Under the pieces are notes generated by a model. It saw only the letters and a list, made by a program, of their open reading frames with translations, did not search any database and was not told where the DNA came from. Positions 37,718 to 50,370 of a stretch of 64,000 nucleotides of DNA are shown here, in pieces. The translations under genes and the position numbers were made by a program. Positions within the stretch are counted from its first letter, which is position 1, and each line of letters starts with the position of its first letter. The DNA is from Haliotis rubra. Taxonomy: Eukaryota. The stretch covers positions 2,418,001-2,482,000 of the forward strand of contig NW_025767080.1 of NCBI RefSeq assembly GCF_003918875.1. Direction: 5' to 3'.

Positions 37718-38189
37718 GTATGGAGACCCGCTGCAGCAAGCCTATGAAACGAGGATCTAGATACCTGTTTACTGTTCCTTAGATTATTCAAGTATTAATC
37801 GAAAAAGTATTTTAAAATAGTGAGTAATCAACGTTACAGACGTTCTGTTCATTTATCATTCGCGAAGGCATTATTGCTTTCTTTCTGTAAAAACACCCCC
37901 AAACACACCAACCACTGTCGGTTGGACTTTATGCCATTATTCTCCTCATCTTTCTAAATTGTTCTAAAACAATATTCTACGATGGAAATTACATTTTTGT
38001 TTTATTTGTACAATAACCGTTAAAGTGTTCGTAAATGGATACAAGATTAAGATACAAGTAATCTGACTCTGCAAAGAGAACATCTGCTATTGATGCCCAC
38101 GCGTTCACATTTGAGTTGGTCTTATTTCTAGCATCATAACCAACGAATACACCAAACATTATTTTGCAAGGCAATGAAACTCCCATAAA

Positions 38190-38540
38190 GCTGTGAACAC
38201 CTGCTTCATGTATTGTATCGTTGTTCCTAACCTCAGTGACAGGGTATTCAAAGCTATAACGTTACATCAACCTCTCGTCGAAAGCCCATCAGCCCCAAGC
38301 AAGGCTGAAATAATAATATCTATTAGCAGGTGATTGTATCGCAGTGACCAACGCACGTCAGGCCAGGCCAGGCGTGATTACACCTGTGATCTGATCATTA
38401 AGATCAAGCTACAGGTAAAGCCATAGGTAATTCAGGTGTCATGGGCTGTGCCTGCTGGGTTATTGATTCAACAAACCAGATTACACACGACTTTGTAAAA
38501 GACCCAGCATTGTGATAGGTCATCATTCTCACCTGTCAGC
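38190..38540. promoter_or_regulatory. Homotypic CAGGTG/CACCTG E-box cluster
   Basis: Sites at 38198, 38327, 38381, 38433 and 38530, plus CAGGTA at 38412. Confidence 0.35.
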
Positions 38541-39124
38541 CAGTCATTGTGTAACATTTGGTAAGGTGCCTACTCTGACGCTCGCAGCTTGCGGAACCCG
38601 GATGATGCCACTCCCATTGTTTGTTTGTTGACGGTAAAATAACAATATAGTTTTATATGCTAATAAATGTATATGGTTTGTCCTTTATTCCAAACACGTT
38701 GTAAAGGGAATCTTCTCATTTGATTTCTCCTTTCCACGACAGAATTCTAAATGGACTGTCTAATCGTAACTTTCAACTTCTTCGTATAATCGTGTAGGAA
38801 TTTTAGTTTGGTGCGAGGATATACTAAATCATCCTGCTATGTCGCAGTTCATTTCAAAATATCGAATGCAATTTGCAATCTATAAATGTATGTTTTTCTT
38901 GCAAATGAATTTTGTCTCCTATATCCAAAATAGCATTTGTGCTAAAAGCTGTTCTTCAGATTACTATCAATGGAAATATTTAGATATATGTTGACATGAC
39001 ATTGTTTTATGAATTGTTTGTATAGTAAGACAACATGAAGGATTCGTAATCAAGACAAAGGTTTAAGTGATGTTATCGGTGAATATGCCAAGTGCACACT
39101 GTCCGCTGTTGTACCATGTTCTAT

Positions 39125-39294
39125 GAGGTGAGGTGAAATTGGGTTTAACGTCGTACTTGAGAATATTTCGCTCATATGACGACGTGCATGCGTGTGTATG
39201 TGTATGTGCGGCTGCTTGTACTAGCCCAGACTGAAGCTGGTTTTATAGTGCTAGCCCACTGAGATACCATGTCGCAGTAAAGCATGAATATCCC
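39125..39294 (-). mobile_element. SINE family C, 3' half
   Basis: Reverse complement of about 9985-10111, including the (CACCT)n tail. Confidence 0.8.
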
Positions 39295-40277
39295 TGGATG
39301 TTAATAGATGCGACATCGTTTTTAACAAACTCTTTGATTTTCTTCAAATTGAAGCTTCTCCGACTCACCCCCAAACAACCCCGCCCCCCACCCAAAGAAT
39401 ATTGAATGTTCTGCCCTACGCTACCAAACTGAAACAGTCTTCTCTTTTAAGATGAATTGTTTGACATTCAGATCAGGCTGTGTAGTAATGTTCGGTTTAA
39501 CAAACTAATAGATATCCAAACTCGGCGTGAGACCGCGTATGTCTAAAGCATCGCCATCTCGTGGATGTAGCATGGCTGTTTATTCAGTTAATAGCAGTGC
39601 TAATGTGGCTTTAATAAACGAAAACATCACTTGATTGATTTAACTGAAATTTCACATGACATATTATTCCATTACCTGAATCCTGAGATACGACAATGGA
39701 CCTTTGGCATCCTCACCAGATGGATGGTGAGCTGTCAAACACAATTGACGATCATACATGTTGCAGTCGAGTTCATTGTTACACTGTTGAGATGAAATGC
39801 CTTTGTTGTGTAAGGTCCAAAACGTAAGTAGACATTAACCGCTGTTGCCAATGACTTATGGCACTTGTGTAAAATACCCCCACTGTGGCAGCAATAAAGG
39901 AGGCATTATGGCGAGGTCGCAGATGGAGTCTTGTATAATATTGTCTTCACTCGAGGAATGAGATCTCGCGACTTATCGTGTGACCTGGCCATATATTTGG
40001 CGGCAGCTGTGCACGCGAGATACATGGGAAGAGAAGCGTTGTACTTGGGACAAGCTGTTGCGCAGCCCTCTAATCTGTAGATATGGCTGCAATATTCTGT
40101 GATCTCGGGTAATCTCGCGTGAGATTAGCCAACATGCGTTCCAAATAGTATTGAATAGCTCCACAGGTCAACAAATTGTGGATGCCTTTTGTGACAAGCT
40201 GATGCCTTCGGTGGCTTATTCCACTGGAATACAAAATCTCGTCATTGTGTCTAAGTGACAAAAAGTTATATCCGTTT

Positions 40278-40506
40278 TTGTAACCATGTTAAGTAATTTT
40301 GCCTTACGAAACATTATCGATTTTCTTTCGTCATAAACTTAAGAAAAATATTATGTGAGTTAATGAAGACAGCGAAATGTGTCTACCAGTTTTAGCGAGG
40401 TCATTGGTAATGGCAAAAAAAGGTATTTGTATAACTATGTTAAGTACTTTTATCTTACGAAACATTATCGATCATCATTCAAAATAAACTTAGCAAAAAT
40501 ATTATG
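40278..40506. repeat. Diverged direct repeat (about 75 bp, about 150 bp apart)
   Basis: TAAC(C/T)ATGTTAAGTA..TTT...TTACGAAACATTATCGAT...ATAAACTTA..AAAAATATTATG occurs twice. Confidence 0.7.
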
Positions 40507-41940
40507 GACGTAAATGAAGAGATCGGAATCTGGTTAATAGTATTAGCGCCTCATTGGTAGCTTTGATTGTAGACTCCGAAAGGCGTTGAGACAGAAAACC
40601 AACGCACACAAGATGAATGGATACCGGAAAGAGGGTTCTAACGCACCTGGTACAGTCAGGGTGGTCAATCCCATCTTCAACTCTGGGTATATGCCCCTCT
40701 ACACGCAGCCCAGTCAGCAAATAGGACTTCCCCAAGGAAGCGCTGCCTAGTCGAACCTCTCGCAGAACTCCCCAACACTGCAGCCTTTTGCGTTACCAAG
40801 AGTATCTGGAAGGAGGTGCTGCTGGCGGCAAACCCGGGAACTTCCAATGTCAGTCAAGTGATTGGGAGGTACCGAACCTAAATCACCAAGAACAATGGTC
40901 AACTTGGTACTTGGGATGCAAGCGTGACAGTTTTATAAGCAAGGTTATTATATTGGATATGTTTCCCCTGATTCTTGTTATCCATATTTGTGCCAAAAAG
41001 GACAGAAATTCAATAATTCGGTGAAACTTATTTTAAAGAAAAGAAAACCCGGACAAGGTCAGGTTTATAGGCTTTGATACGTCTGCGTCTGTATATGGGC
41101 ATATTCCAATTATTTTGACCATGATGCCCTCAATACATTCAGGGTCACACCATTGAGTGACCACATCATCATTGTTCTACAGGTGTGTCGCGGTGTGGGG
41201 TGTTCTATAGAGGTAAGTTCTGTCTGGTCAAAGATGTCAAGATATACCCCAGACACCACGACAAACCAGGGATCATAATCTGGGCAAAATGGAATTTGAA
41301 CCAACGAATGATCGAACTTATAGCATACCCCTTCACACTGTACATGTTGAATAGGTCTGGTTCACTTTATGTGAAATCCGGTTATGTCGAAGTAGACTTA
41401 CTCACTCTTCCCTCTACACTAATGACCAAACATGTTTGGCCCCTTGGAAGAATTAGTCTTGTCATGAAAAGGCTCACTAGGAACTCCTGGTATTCCGTGG
41501 AAGCTCCTTCCCAACAGATGCTGGTCGTAAGAGGCGATCCTGTGTGTCGAGTGGTTTGGTTCGATTCACGAATACAAGCAGATACACACTCACATAAAAC
41601 TGTGTCTAACACCCAGACGCCCATTCACACTCACAGTCTCTTACACACAATGACCCAAAACACCCTCTCGCACAAACACCCTAACAGTTATACGAACAAA
41701 CATACTCGCACATACAAACACACCCACCCACACCTACAAACCAACAAAAACACATACAAATATACTGTCTGTAACACCCCGACACACTCTGACACAGTTT
41801 CTAAAACACATTGACACAAAAATACACTCGCTCAAAAAAACCCAAACACACACACACGCACGCACATACACACGCACACTTTGACTAACCATTGATATTT
41901 TACACAAGGCCTCGTTTCACAAAGCGCTACGACTGTCGTA

Positions 41941-42381
41941 GACAGACAGACAGACAGACAGATATTTTATTTCAGTCTCACCTCACATAAAATACATATA
42001 TAAATATATTTATAAAATATAGCATATAAATGAGCCACCCTTTAAGGGTTATGAGAGACTAATGTATTAAAAACATTATAAATACTAAATACTAAATAAT
42101 TATATAGGTACATACAGTGTAAAATCTATCCGTATAAAATATGTTTTCTTCTTTGCAAGATATAAAAGCAGGTTTTGGCACTGAAATATACATGGTGTTT
42201 AAAAAGTAAAACTAACTTATCATCATCACAAAGATCTAAGAAGTTGGGATAGCTAAAACAGACATTTTCATATAAACATTCACGCAAATCATCATACATA
42301 GGGCAATACAACAGAACGTGTCTTTCATCCTCAACACTCTCACTGCACTGAAAACATACCCTCTCATTCACATTCACATTT
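41941..42381 (-). mobile_element. 3' end of a LINE (CR1/L2-group-like) nested in a Harbinger-like MITE
   Basis: ORF2 C-terminal zinc-knuckle ERVCFQC..VEDERHVLLYCPMY, 3' UTR, AATAAA and (TCTG)n tail. GTA is duplicated on both sides. Host MITE GGCCTCGTTTCACAAAGCG...TCGTA|AGTCTATGTTAAAG starts at about 41908. Confidence 0.8.
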
Positions 42382-43139
42382 GTAAGTCTATGTTAAAGTA
42401 CGTGAGTACTGCTTATTACAGCGTTCAGGATACCGTTGTTCAAAGAGATCATATCTCCAGGGTCTAAGTCCCAAATCTTAACATCGACTTACGACTGTCG
42501 CATAGCTAGGGCTGCTATGTAGAACAGGATTAGCCTGGACATCAAGTAGCTATATCGGATATTTTCTGAAGCTTAATAAAGCTCCGTTCACAACAATGCC
42601 GTTTTTATCAATTTAGACTAGTTCACCGGCTTGTAATATTGCACATTTACTTCTCAGAAAGGAGAGCCAAACAATATGTTATACACCTGGTCTCAAGTAA
42701 GTACAATTGATATATTGTAATTGAGACAATACTTTTTCTTCCCCGTATTTTCAGGTAATGATAACATTTTATTTTTTCGAAATCCACAGAATAATAAATG
42801 ATCGATGTGAAAATGTAAGTAATGATACCCGGATTTTTTATGAAAACGGAATAAAAAATCAAATAACACAGATGGTATATGTTCTCTTTGGGAGACACAG
42901 TCCAATGATTTACCACCATATAATGGCGATATTGGATACAAAGCGTCATCCCATATCTGGGACCATTGATTTTACAGAAATATAGATTACAATTCACATA
43001 CCGCTCGTAACAATAGTTCAGATTCGCACGGATTCAGATGGCTTATCGATCTGACGAAATCCTTATAAAAATAGCTCTAACTCCTCCAATAAAGTAACTT
43101 TTATCATCACAACAGCTCGACAGAAACCCGACTTGGATC

Positions 43140-43460
43140 TTGATCCCTTATCAACATATGGTGGCAACCATTTCGTTGTGTGACGTCATGCAGCAGACAA
43201 TTGCTTTGTAACATATTGCATTTCCAAAGGATACAACAAACACTCGAGCTCATTTTCTCGCCAAATTCTTTTTTCTTTAAAATCGGCTGCATGACTAATG
43301 TCGAATATCTGAGTTGTCATGGCAACCATCCCGGGTAGTGTCGTCTGCCCTCCTCGCGGTGAGTATTGCCATGTCAACGCGCTTCCCTCAGCACGTGCGG
43401 CCTCAACTCAAACAGCGCGTAGTCTGAAACAGCGTGCTTTCCAAATGAATAGGTGTGCCT
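43140..43460. promoter_or_regulatory. Candidate RFX/CREB module
   Basis: CRE TGACGTCA 43181; X-box GTTGTCATGGCAAC 43313-43326; X-box-like ATTGCCATGTCAAC 43365-43378; CACGTG about 43392. Confidence 0.4.
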
Positions 43461-44233
43461 GATATTTGAGATGTATTAATATTTTCGATAAAAGCACTGT
43501 TACTGTAGCGACGGGCTGATTGAGAGGAATACGTCGGTATTTGGAGTGATATTTCCATTACACCGGCTTCTCTGGTGTCCTGACTCTATGCGCAGGAATA
43601 CGTATCCAGATGGCGCTTGTTTGTCCAGAGTTTTTGAAAATACAGGCCCGCCTTCGAACCTTGTGTCGGCCGCCGAGTCATTCTGCAAGTGTATTAGGCC
43701 TGCGAGCTCTGAGTCGAGTCTAATGGAAATGGTCATGGTCGTTTGTTGTTGTTTCATATCAAGATATGATTGGTTATGATCATTTAATGAAAGTCAATTT
43801 GCGACAGTGGGTGTCTTTATTGACTGAAGCGGGTCGTGAAAATGGCCATATGTCGAGCTTTGCAAGTGTGGAAACACTTACATTTAAGATACGAGTTCAC
43901 ATTAACTTGTCTGCATTGTCAACACTGTTCAAAGAAGATTTCTGAACCACTGTCTTGGTGACAATATTAATGTTGATAATTTTCGGACCAACTACGACCT
44001 TTCCTGTATCATGATATAGTATCTTTTGCGACCTCCACATTTGTAAAATTCATCGGCGCTGTATAGCTATCGCTCTGATACAGGAATCATCCGGAATGGT
44101 AAGATGCTGGAATTAGTTTAAGATAAGTGTGCCAATTCCGTCAGCATCCTATACCTTTTAAAATATTTCTTTGTCGAAATAGTGTTTAGGTCTAACGACG
44201 ATTATTACGATGATCATATAAACAGTGTCGTAA

Positions 44234-44396
44234 GGGGCGGTGGGGTAGCCTAGTGGCTAAAACTTTCGCTCGTCATGCTGAAGACCCGGGTTCGATTCCC
44301 TACATGGGTACTATATGTGAGGCCCATGTCTGGTGTCCCCCCGCCGTGATATTGCAGGAATATTGTTAAAAGCGGCGTAAAACTATACACACTCAT
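44234..44396 (+). mobile_element. SINE family A, full length
   Basis: Consensus match; TSD AGTGTCGT (44224-44231, 44397-44404). Confidence 0.9.
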
Positions 44397-44439
44397 AGTG
44401 TCGTGAAACAAACACATTTGAATGTTTCTATAGTTTAGA

Positions 44440-44692
44440 TCTGTCTAGTGAACAGAGCGTATGCCCGGGAAGCGGAAGTACCGTGGTTCGATCCCCGGCC
44501 GCCTCATGTTAAGAGATGGTACTTGTTGTTACCTGACGTTCGGCACTGCGTGGGTTATACTGGTCGGCTAGGGTCAGTACACAGTCTCAAGCATACGATA
44601 ACCCCACAGAAAACTAAAAACAATACACCACAAAAGTGCTTGCTAAAAAACGACAAGTGCAACAATCGTGCGTGAACGCGGCATTAAACCCA
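44440..44692 (+). mobile_element. Degenerate tRNA-derived SINE (family C-related)
   Basis: B box GGTTCGATCCC, ATGGTACTTGTTG, TGGTCGGCT.GG.TCAGTA and tail GCGGCATTAAACCC. Confidence 0.6.
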
Positions 44693-45992
44693 CTGTCAGC
44701 TCATCTTTGATCTTTCTATAACATAACAGAAAGGCTCGTTATCGGGGCGAATCCGAACTCTCATCCACCGGCGAACGGAAAGAACGGGAAACCTTCCCAT
44801 CTCAGTAGTGGTACGAAACTTGATAACCTTTCATACGTGCATTATCATGTGATTCCGAAATACCCTTGCAATGAAAACATGTACACTGTTGCGAACATTA
44901 CATTGTGCTGCCTAACACTGATTGGATTAACGTGTCTTTTGAAATTGCAGAACTAACAATACATTTGGAAAGAAGTCTTATATCCAATACCTTTAAAGTC
45001 TTCATATTCGATAAAACGATATTCGATTCCAATGCAAGGACACAGGAGATTAAATAACTCAAGTGCAAATATGTCAATTTCAGGATCCGATGGATCGCTT
45101 TATGTTGCTGTAAATCCTATCGGCATTGCAAATGAGACAGTTTACCACTTTGCCCCAGAGGAATAATTCCTGTGATGTAGAATTCTGGGGATTCCCAGCT
45201 CAAATGTCCCCAGTGTTTGATCATTAATTACCCGTAATACATCTCGCGCGACAGGTAACCGAGCGTCTGGCGTGTCGTATGCCAATACTAGCGTGGAGGG
45301 ATACCCTATAACGTTTGTTCTTCTTCCTAGACGACCGGTAGAGGGCGCTTTCAGGGCTTCCGGCAGTGCACGACTCAAGATTGTATCATACCGCACAGGA
45401 CTAAAGGCGCCATCAAATCTCATCTTTAGTCCTCTATTGTTGTAAATTTGACGCTTTCGTGACATTGATTGTCCAATAATTTTCTTGCTCCTCTGCTAAA
45501 TGTAAAACAACTGAGGATAAATAGATTTTATATCCCAAGGGCAAGCCCGGCTAGCGAGAAGCTGGTGAGAATAGAATCCCCGGTGCTGTGGGCTGTTGGC
45601 GGCGGGTCTGTCATTAACCTCGGGCCATTTGGGACACACGTCTCAGTCAAACACTCGGATTAGCAAATATAAGTGAAATACCAATATATACAACAGTTAT
45701 CATGATTCGTATCTCTTCAAGTCGATGTATTTCCTGTGAAGGTTTTATTGGTTTATCCGTTGCTATGTACTGTATTTGGCTAATGCTGAACTATGTATGA
45801 TACATATGGTATTTTGATAACGCGCGTTCTCTGTCACGTGACACTAGCCTTGTGCAGTGCTAGTACCCCTGGCTATGGCTGCATAAAGTAGTGACACAAA
45901 ATGAGGAAGTGTAATGTTCCTTTATGACACACGGGTTAAGGAAAAACCTTCAGATGACTGACAACCAGCTCACCCGTAACTACATTTTCGCA

Positions 45993-46222
45993 ACCCGCAA
46001 CGATCCGGGTTAGAATTGATCATCAGCAACCCATTCAGTGGCGGCAAATGGGATAGCGTGGTCAGGCTCACTGACTTGGCTGACGAATGTGATTGTATTC
46101 CAATTGCGTAGATCGATGTTCATGCGGTTGATCACTGGTCCAGACTCGATTATTTACAAACTGCCGCCATATAGCTGGAATAATACTGAGCGAGGCGTTA
46201 AACAAACAAACAAACAAACAAA
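45993..46222 (+). mobile_element. SINE family B
   Basis: GATCCGGGTTAGAATTGATCATCAGCAACCCAT...GGTCAGGCTC...CCAGACTCGATTATTTACA...GGCGTTA(AACA)n. TSD TACATTTT(C/T)GCA at 45981 and 46223. Confidence 0.85.
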
Positions 46223-47019
46223 TACATTTTTGCATTCCTGAAATCAGTGAAAATAGTTATATTTCGAATTTCCTGACTGAGCTCTTGTCAACCTAAACTT
46301 CAAGATAGACGGCATGTTATTAGTCGAAGGCTCTGATTGTACTGCACTGACCATGACTCGGTGCGTTTACCGACTTCTAGAACACATTACCCAAACCTGA
46401 AACATTGCAGGGGTTGTGAGAAGAAAGGGCGTTTAACTTTGGGTTCAAGAATATGTTCAGACGTGAGTGCATGTCAGCTTTTCTTCTAGTCAGGACTTAC
46501 GATCATTAAGAAGCCCGGCCACAACAAAATGTACCGTTAGAAGAATTAACATCACTATTGAATAGGAATAGTTCTCAAGAAAATAGACATTCCTCAGTGA
46601 TGATCCGGCAACAAAATTTCGCCCCCTTTCTTTTACAAGCAGAACGTTAGTTTATCCACTCATGTGAAAGAAAAATATTTAAAATGATATGCATCTTTCG
46701 TCAAGACTGAGTGGCGAGTATCTGCCATATCCATTGTTCAGATACATTAACCGATTGAATAAGCTAGAGCTTATTAATATAACAAAATGTTCACATGATC
46801 ATCTCACACCTAAGTTAATTTCTAATCAAAAGTATAAAATGTATATTTAAACCACGACTATATGTAAATATTACCCTTGGTGAAAATCCCGAAGTCCCTT
46901 AAATACTGTACGTAACTCTACCCGTGAATACATATACACCTATAAGCTGTACAATTCAACTTTTTAGGAAACCACTGTCCGATTGGTCAGCAGTATGACA
47001 ACGTGATGCATGTTGTTCC

Positions 47020-47470
47020 TTTTAACACCTGCTATCCGGATCGGTAACGCTCACGTGCCACGCGTAAACAAGAACATTGACAATATTTCCCCAATTCTGT
47101 GTGTTCTTAACGCCATCTGATAATGGCCATCATTCCTGGAGATACGGTAATAACATAGCTGGGTGTCTTATCACCTGTTTGTTGTCTCATTAACTTACCT
47201 GACCTCGCTGTCGCCTGGCTTATCTACATGCCGTTTCTGGAGTCTTAACAAGGTAGCAGATGTGCCTCCACGATGTCACAGATTGCCGGAACACCGGGTT
47301 CAAGGCAAGACTGGTTAGCTTGTTATTTACACCTAGACCTGTACACCTGTAATTAGCGTTATCCGCGGCAATGTATTCAGAACCGAGTGTGTGATTTAGT
47401 TGGGGTAATGTTTCGCCACCTGCACCCGAGAACGCTCGCATAGTTGTAGACTTGAGACGACAGGTGATTA
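47020..47470. promoter_or_regulatory. Second CAGGTG/CACCTG E-box cluster
   Basis: Sites at 47026, 47172, 47344, 47417 and 47461; adjacent CACGTG 47052 and CACGCG 47059. Confidence 0.35.
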
Positions 47471-48188
47471 CTTAGGAACATGTATTCCATGGCTGCTGAT
47501 GTATTTCCTGACAAGGGGCGGAAGGATGTGAGAAGGAAGATAAGGGGGATGGGATGGGGATATGACATGGGGGATATGGGGGAACTGACTGAACGTTGTT
47601 TAACGCCGTAAATATACGAATCTGGACTTTACAAACCAGCATGTGCACGTTCAAACCATCTGTATATGAAGGTACGGACTCCCCCAAGAAATCCTGCCTG
47701 ACCCATGGATCCAGCAAGCTTAGGTTGTAATTCTACCCCTTGGAATCCCACATGTCCATATGTAGTGCAGTCAACAAATATTCCTCAAAAAGACACATTA
47801 TACCGCTAACAAAGAACACACACGACATACAGTTCAAACAAATAATTCAACTACTCACGCAAACACAAACAATCCTAAAATACATACAAAATATGCAAAT
47901 ATAAACATAAAGCGAGCCTCACAAAAACATGCAAAGAACAGATCCAAATACGCACAAGAAGTATCAGCCTCCCCTCCCCAAATGTTACAATTTATTAGAG
48001 TGAGTGAGTGAGTTATATCTTAAACGTCTCTTCGGGATTTTTAAGGCATATAGCGACGAGGCCAAGTTCACACATATACTCAAGTAACGTATCACTACAG
48101 TAATATATAAAAGAATTTTTACATACACATTTCAACATTACAAAATTATTTACAATGCGCAACATCATCGCTCCAAAGTTAAAACAAT

Positions 48189-48882
48189 CAATTAGTTATA
48201 CACATACATAGTTACAATCTATTATAATACCTACCAATTAGTTATACACATACATAGTTACAATCTGTTATAATACCTACCAATTAGTTATACACGTACA
48301 TAGTTACAAGCTATTATAACACCTACCAATTAGTTATACACATACATAGTTACAATCTATTATAATACCTACCAATCAGTTATACACATACATAGTTACA
48401 ATCTATTATAAAACCTACAAATAAGTTATACATGTACATAGTTACAATCTATTATTATACCTACCAATTAGTTATACACATACATAGTTACAATCTATTA
48501 TAATACCTACCAATTTGTTATACACGTACATAGTTACAATCTATTATAATACCTACCAATCAGTTATACACATACATAGTTATAATCTATTATAATACCT
48601 ACCAATTAGTTATACACATACATAGTTATAATCTATTATAATACCTACCAATTAGTTATACACATACATAGCTACAATCTATTATAATACCTTCCAATTA
48701 GTTATACACGTACATAGTTACAATCTATTATAATACCTACCAATCAGTTATACACGTACATAGTTACAATCTATTATAATACCTACCAACAAGTTATACA
48801 CATACATAGTTATAATCTATTATAATACCTACCAATTAGTTATACACATACATAGTTACAATCTATTATAATACCTACCAAT
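48189..48882. repeat. 46-bp minisatellite, about 15 copies, inside the LINE
   Basis: Unit CAATTAGTTATACACATACATAGTTACAATCTATTATAATACCTAC. Confidence 0.97.
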
Positions 48883-50136
48883 TTCTTTCAAGTAGTTAAT
48901 GACAAGATGTCCGCTGACACGGTTAAACAGTTCTTTCAGATTTAATGCTCGATAATGCGAACGTCTTGCAACTGAAAAGTCCACACTGTCAGGAAAAAAT
49001 GCTTGATGGTGAACCGTTTATGACAAGGGCCACACTTGGTAGGGTCGTCTACACCTTCACCGACTGCGACCAGTACGACATCGTCGGAAAATGACCTCAT
49101 CATGTCTTGACTGACAACCCAAATAGTTATGGCCGATTAATTGTGAAAATTCATGACGTTTATTGATTTCTACCCGGGTACCCCACCGTTCTTCATAAGA
49201 TCCCGAGTGGAACTTTAAACGATAGTGGGTTTGCAATCAGTATACGGATAAGTTCTGGAAAAAGAAGTTTGTCAAGAGCTGCTTTAGCTGCAGCATCTGC
49301 TTTTGTACTACCTGATTGTCCACATGACTTGGTAACCAGTAAAAGACGTTTGGCCACTAGAAAACTCGTTCTGTCAAGGATTGAAAGATGACTTGGAGTG
49401 ACAGTGCCTCCTGGAAAGACAAAGAATCTGAAAAGATGATTAAATTTTACAATGTGTTTGATATTTAATATAGGCCAAGGACCTCAAGATAGCGTAGACC
49501 TCAGCAATGAAGATAGGCCTGTTGTACGGGATTTTTGAAGAAAACAACAACTATGCCAGCATCCTTGGATCCATCTGAAAAGGAAAACCGATTCATGTAG
49601 GAGTATTCTTTATGGTTGGTAACTGGTCATATACTCGTTGGAATATCAAAGGGTTCGTTTCGGATTTGTTAGTTGGCTGAGGGTAAGGTCTACCTCTGGT
49701 CTCACTAACTGCCAGATATACAATGGTTATCAATTTTAGCTGCGGAGATGTGTAGGTGAATTCTGATTCCAAGTAGAGGAACTTGTTTTGGCAGAAAGTG
49801 GAAAGTTAATGCGGTGTTGTTCAAGGAAAGGTTATCAGCCTCCACGTATCGGCCAGGGGCGTAGCTACCATTATGAAAAGCTCCAAGACAGAGCCTTTAG
49901 CCTTGGTTCTGGATAGATTTTAATTTTTCCAGGTAGCTTTTGTAGGCTTCTCCATAGACAATGTAACCAAAATCTATTTTAGAGCAGATTACTGACCTGT
50001 AGAAGTGAAGGAAGGTTTTCTGATACCTCCCTACTTTAACAAATCAAGAGTCTACAGGCGCTTCGCCTTCAGATAATGGTAAGAATTGGGGTAAGAATGT
50101 TAGGTTAATGTCAAATGTAAGGCCGAGAAATGTGGT

Positions 50137-50370
50137 CTCCTCTACTACTTTGTTAGGAGTTCCATCTTAGTGAATATCAGGATCCTTGTGGAGTTTGTAT
50201 TTACGAAATAAATGAAGAAAATTTGTCTTGGATTTCGAAGACCTGAAGCATTTGTCCTCTACTACTTTGTTAGGAGTTCCATCTTAGTGAATATCAGGAT
50301 CCTTGTGGAGTGTGTATTTACGAAATAAATGAAGAAACTTTGTCTTGGATTTCGAAGATCTGAAGCATTT
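50137..50370. repeat. About 118-bp tandem duplication within the LINE
   Basis: TCCTCTACTACTTTGTTAGGAGTTCC...GGATTTCGAAGA(C/T)CTGAAGCATTT occurs twice. Confidence 0.9.

Noticed and set aside
41185-41814. 209-aa ORF
   Set aside because: No ATG start and no recognisable domain; the 3' part is a SINE fragment plus CA-rich low-complexity sequence.
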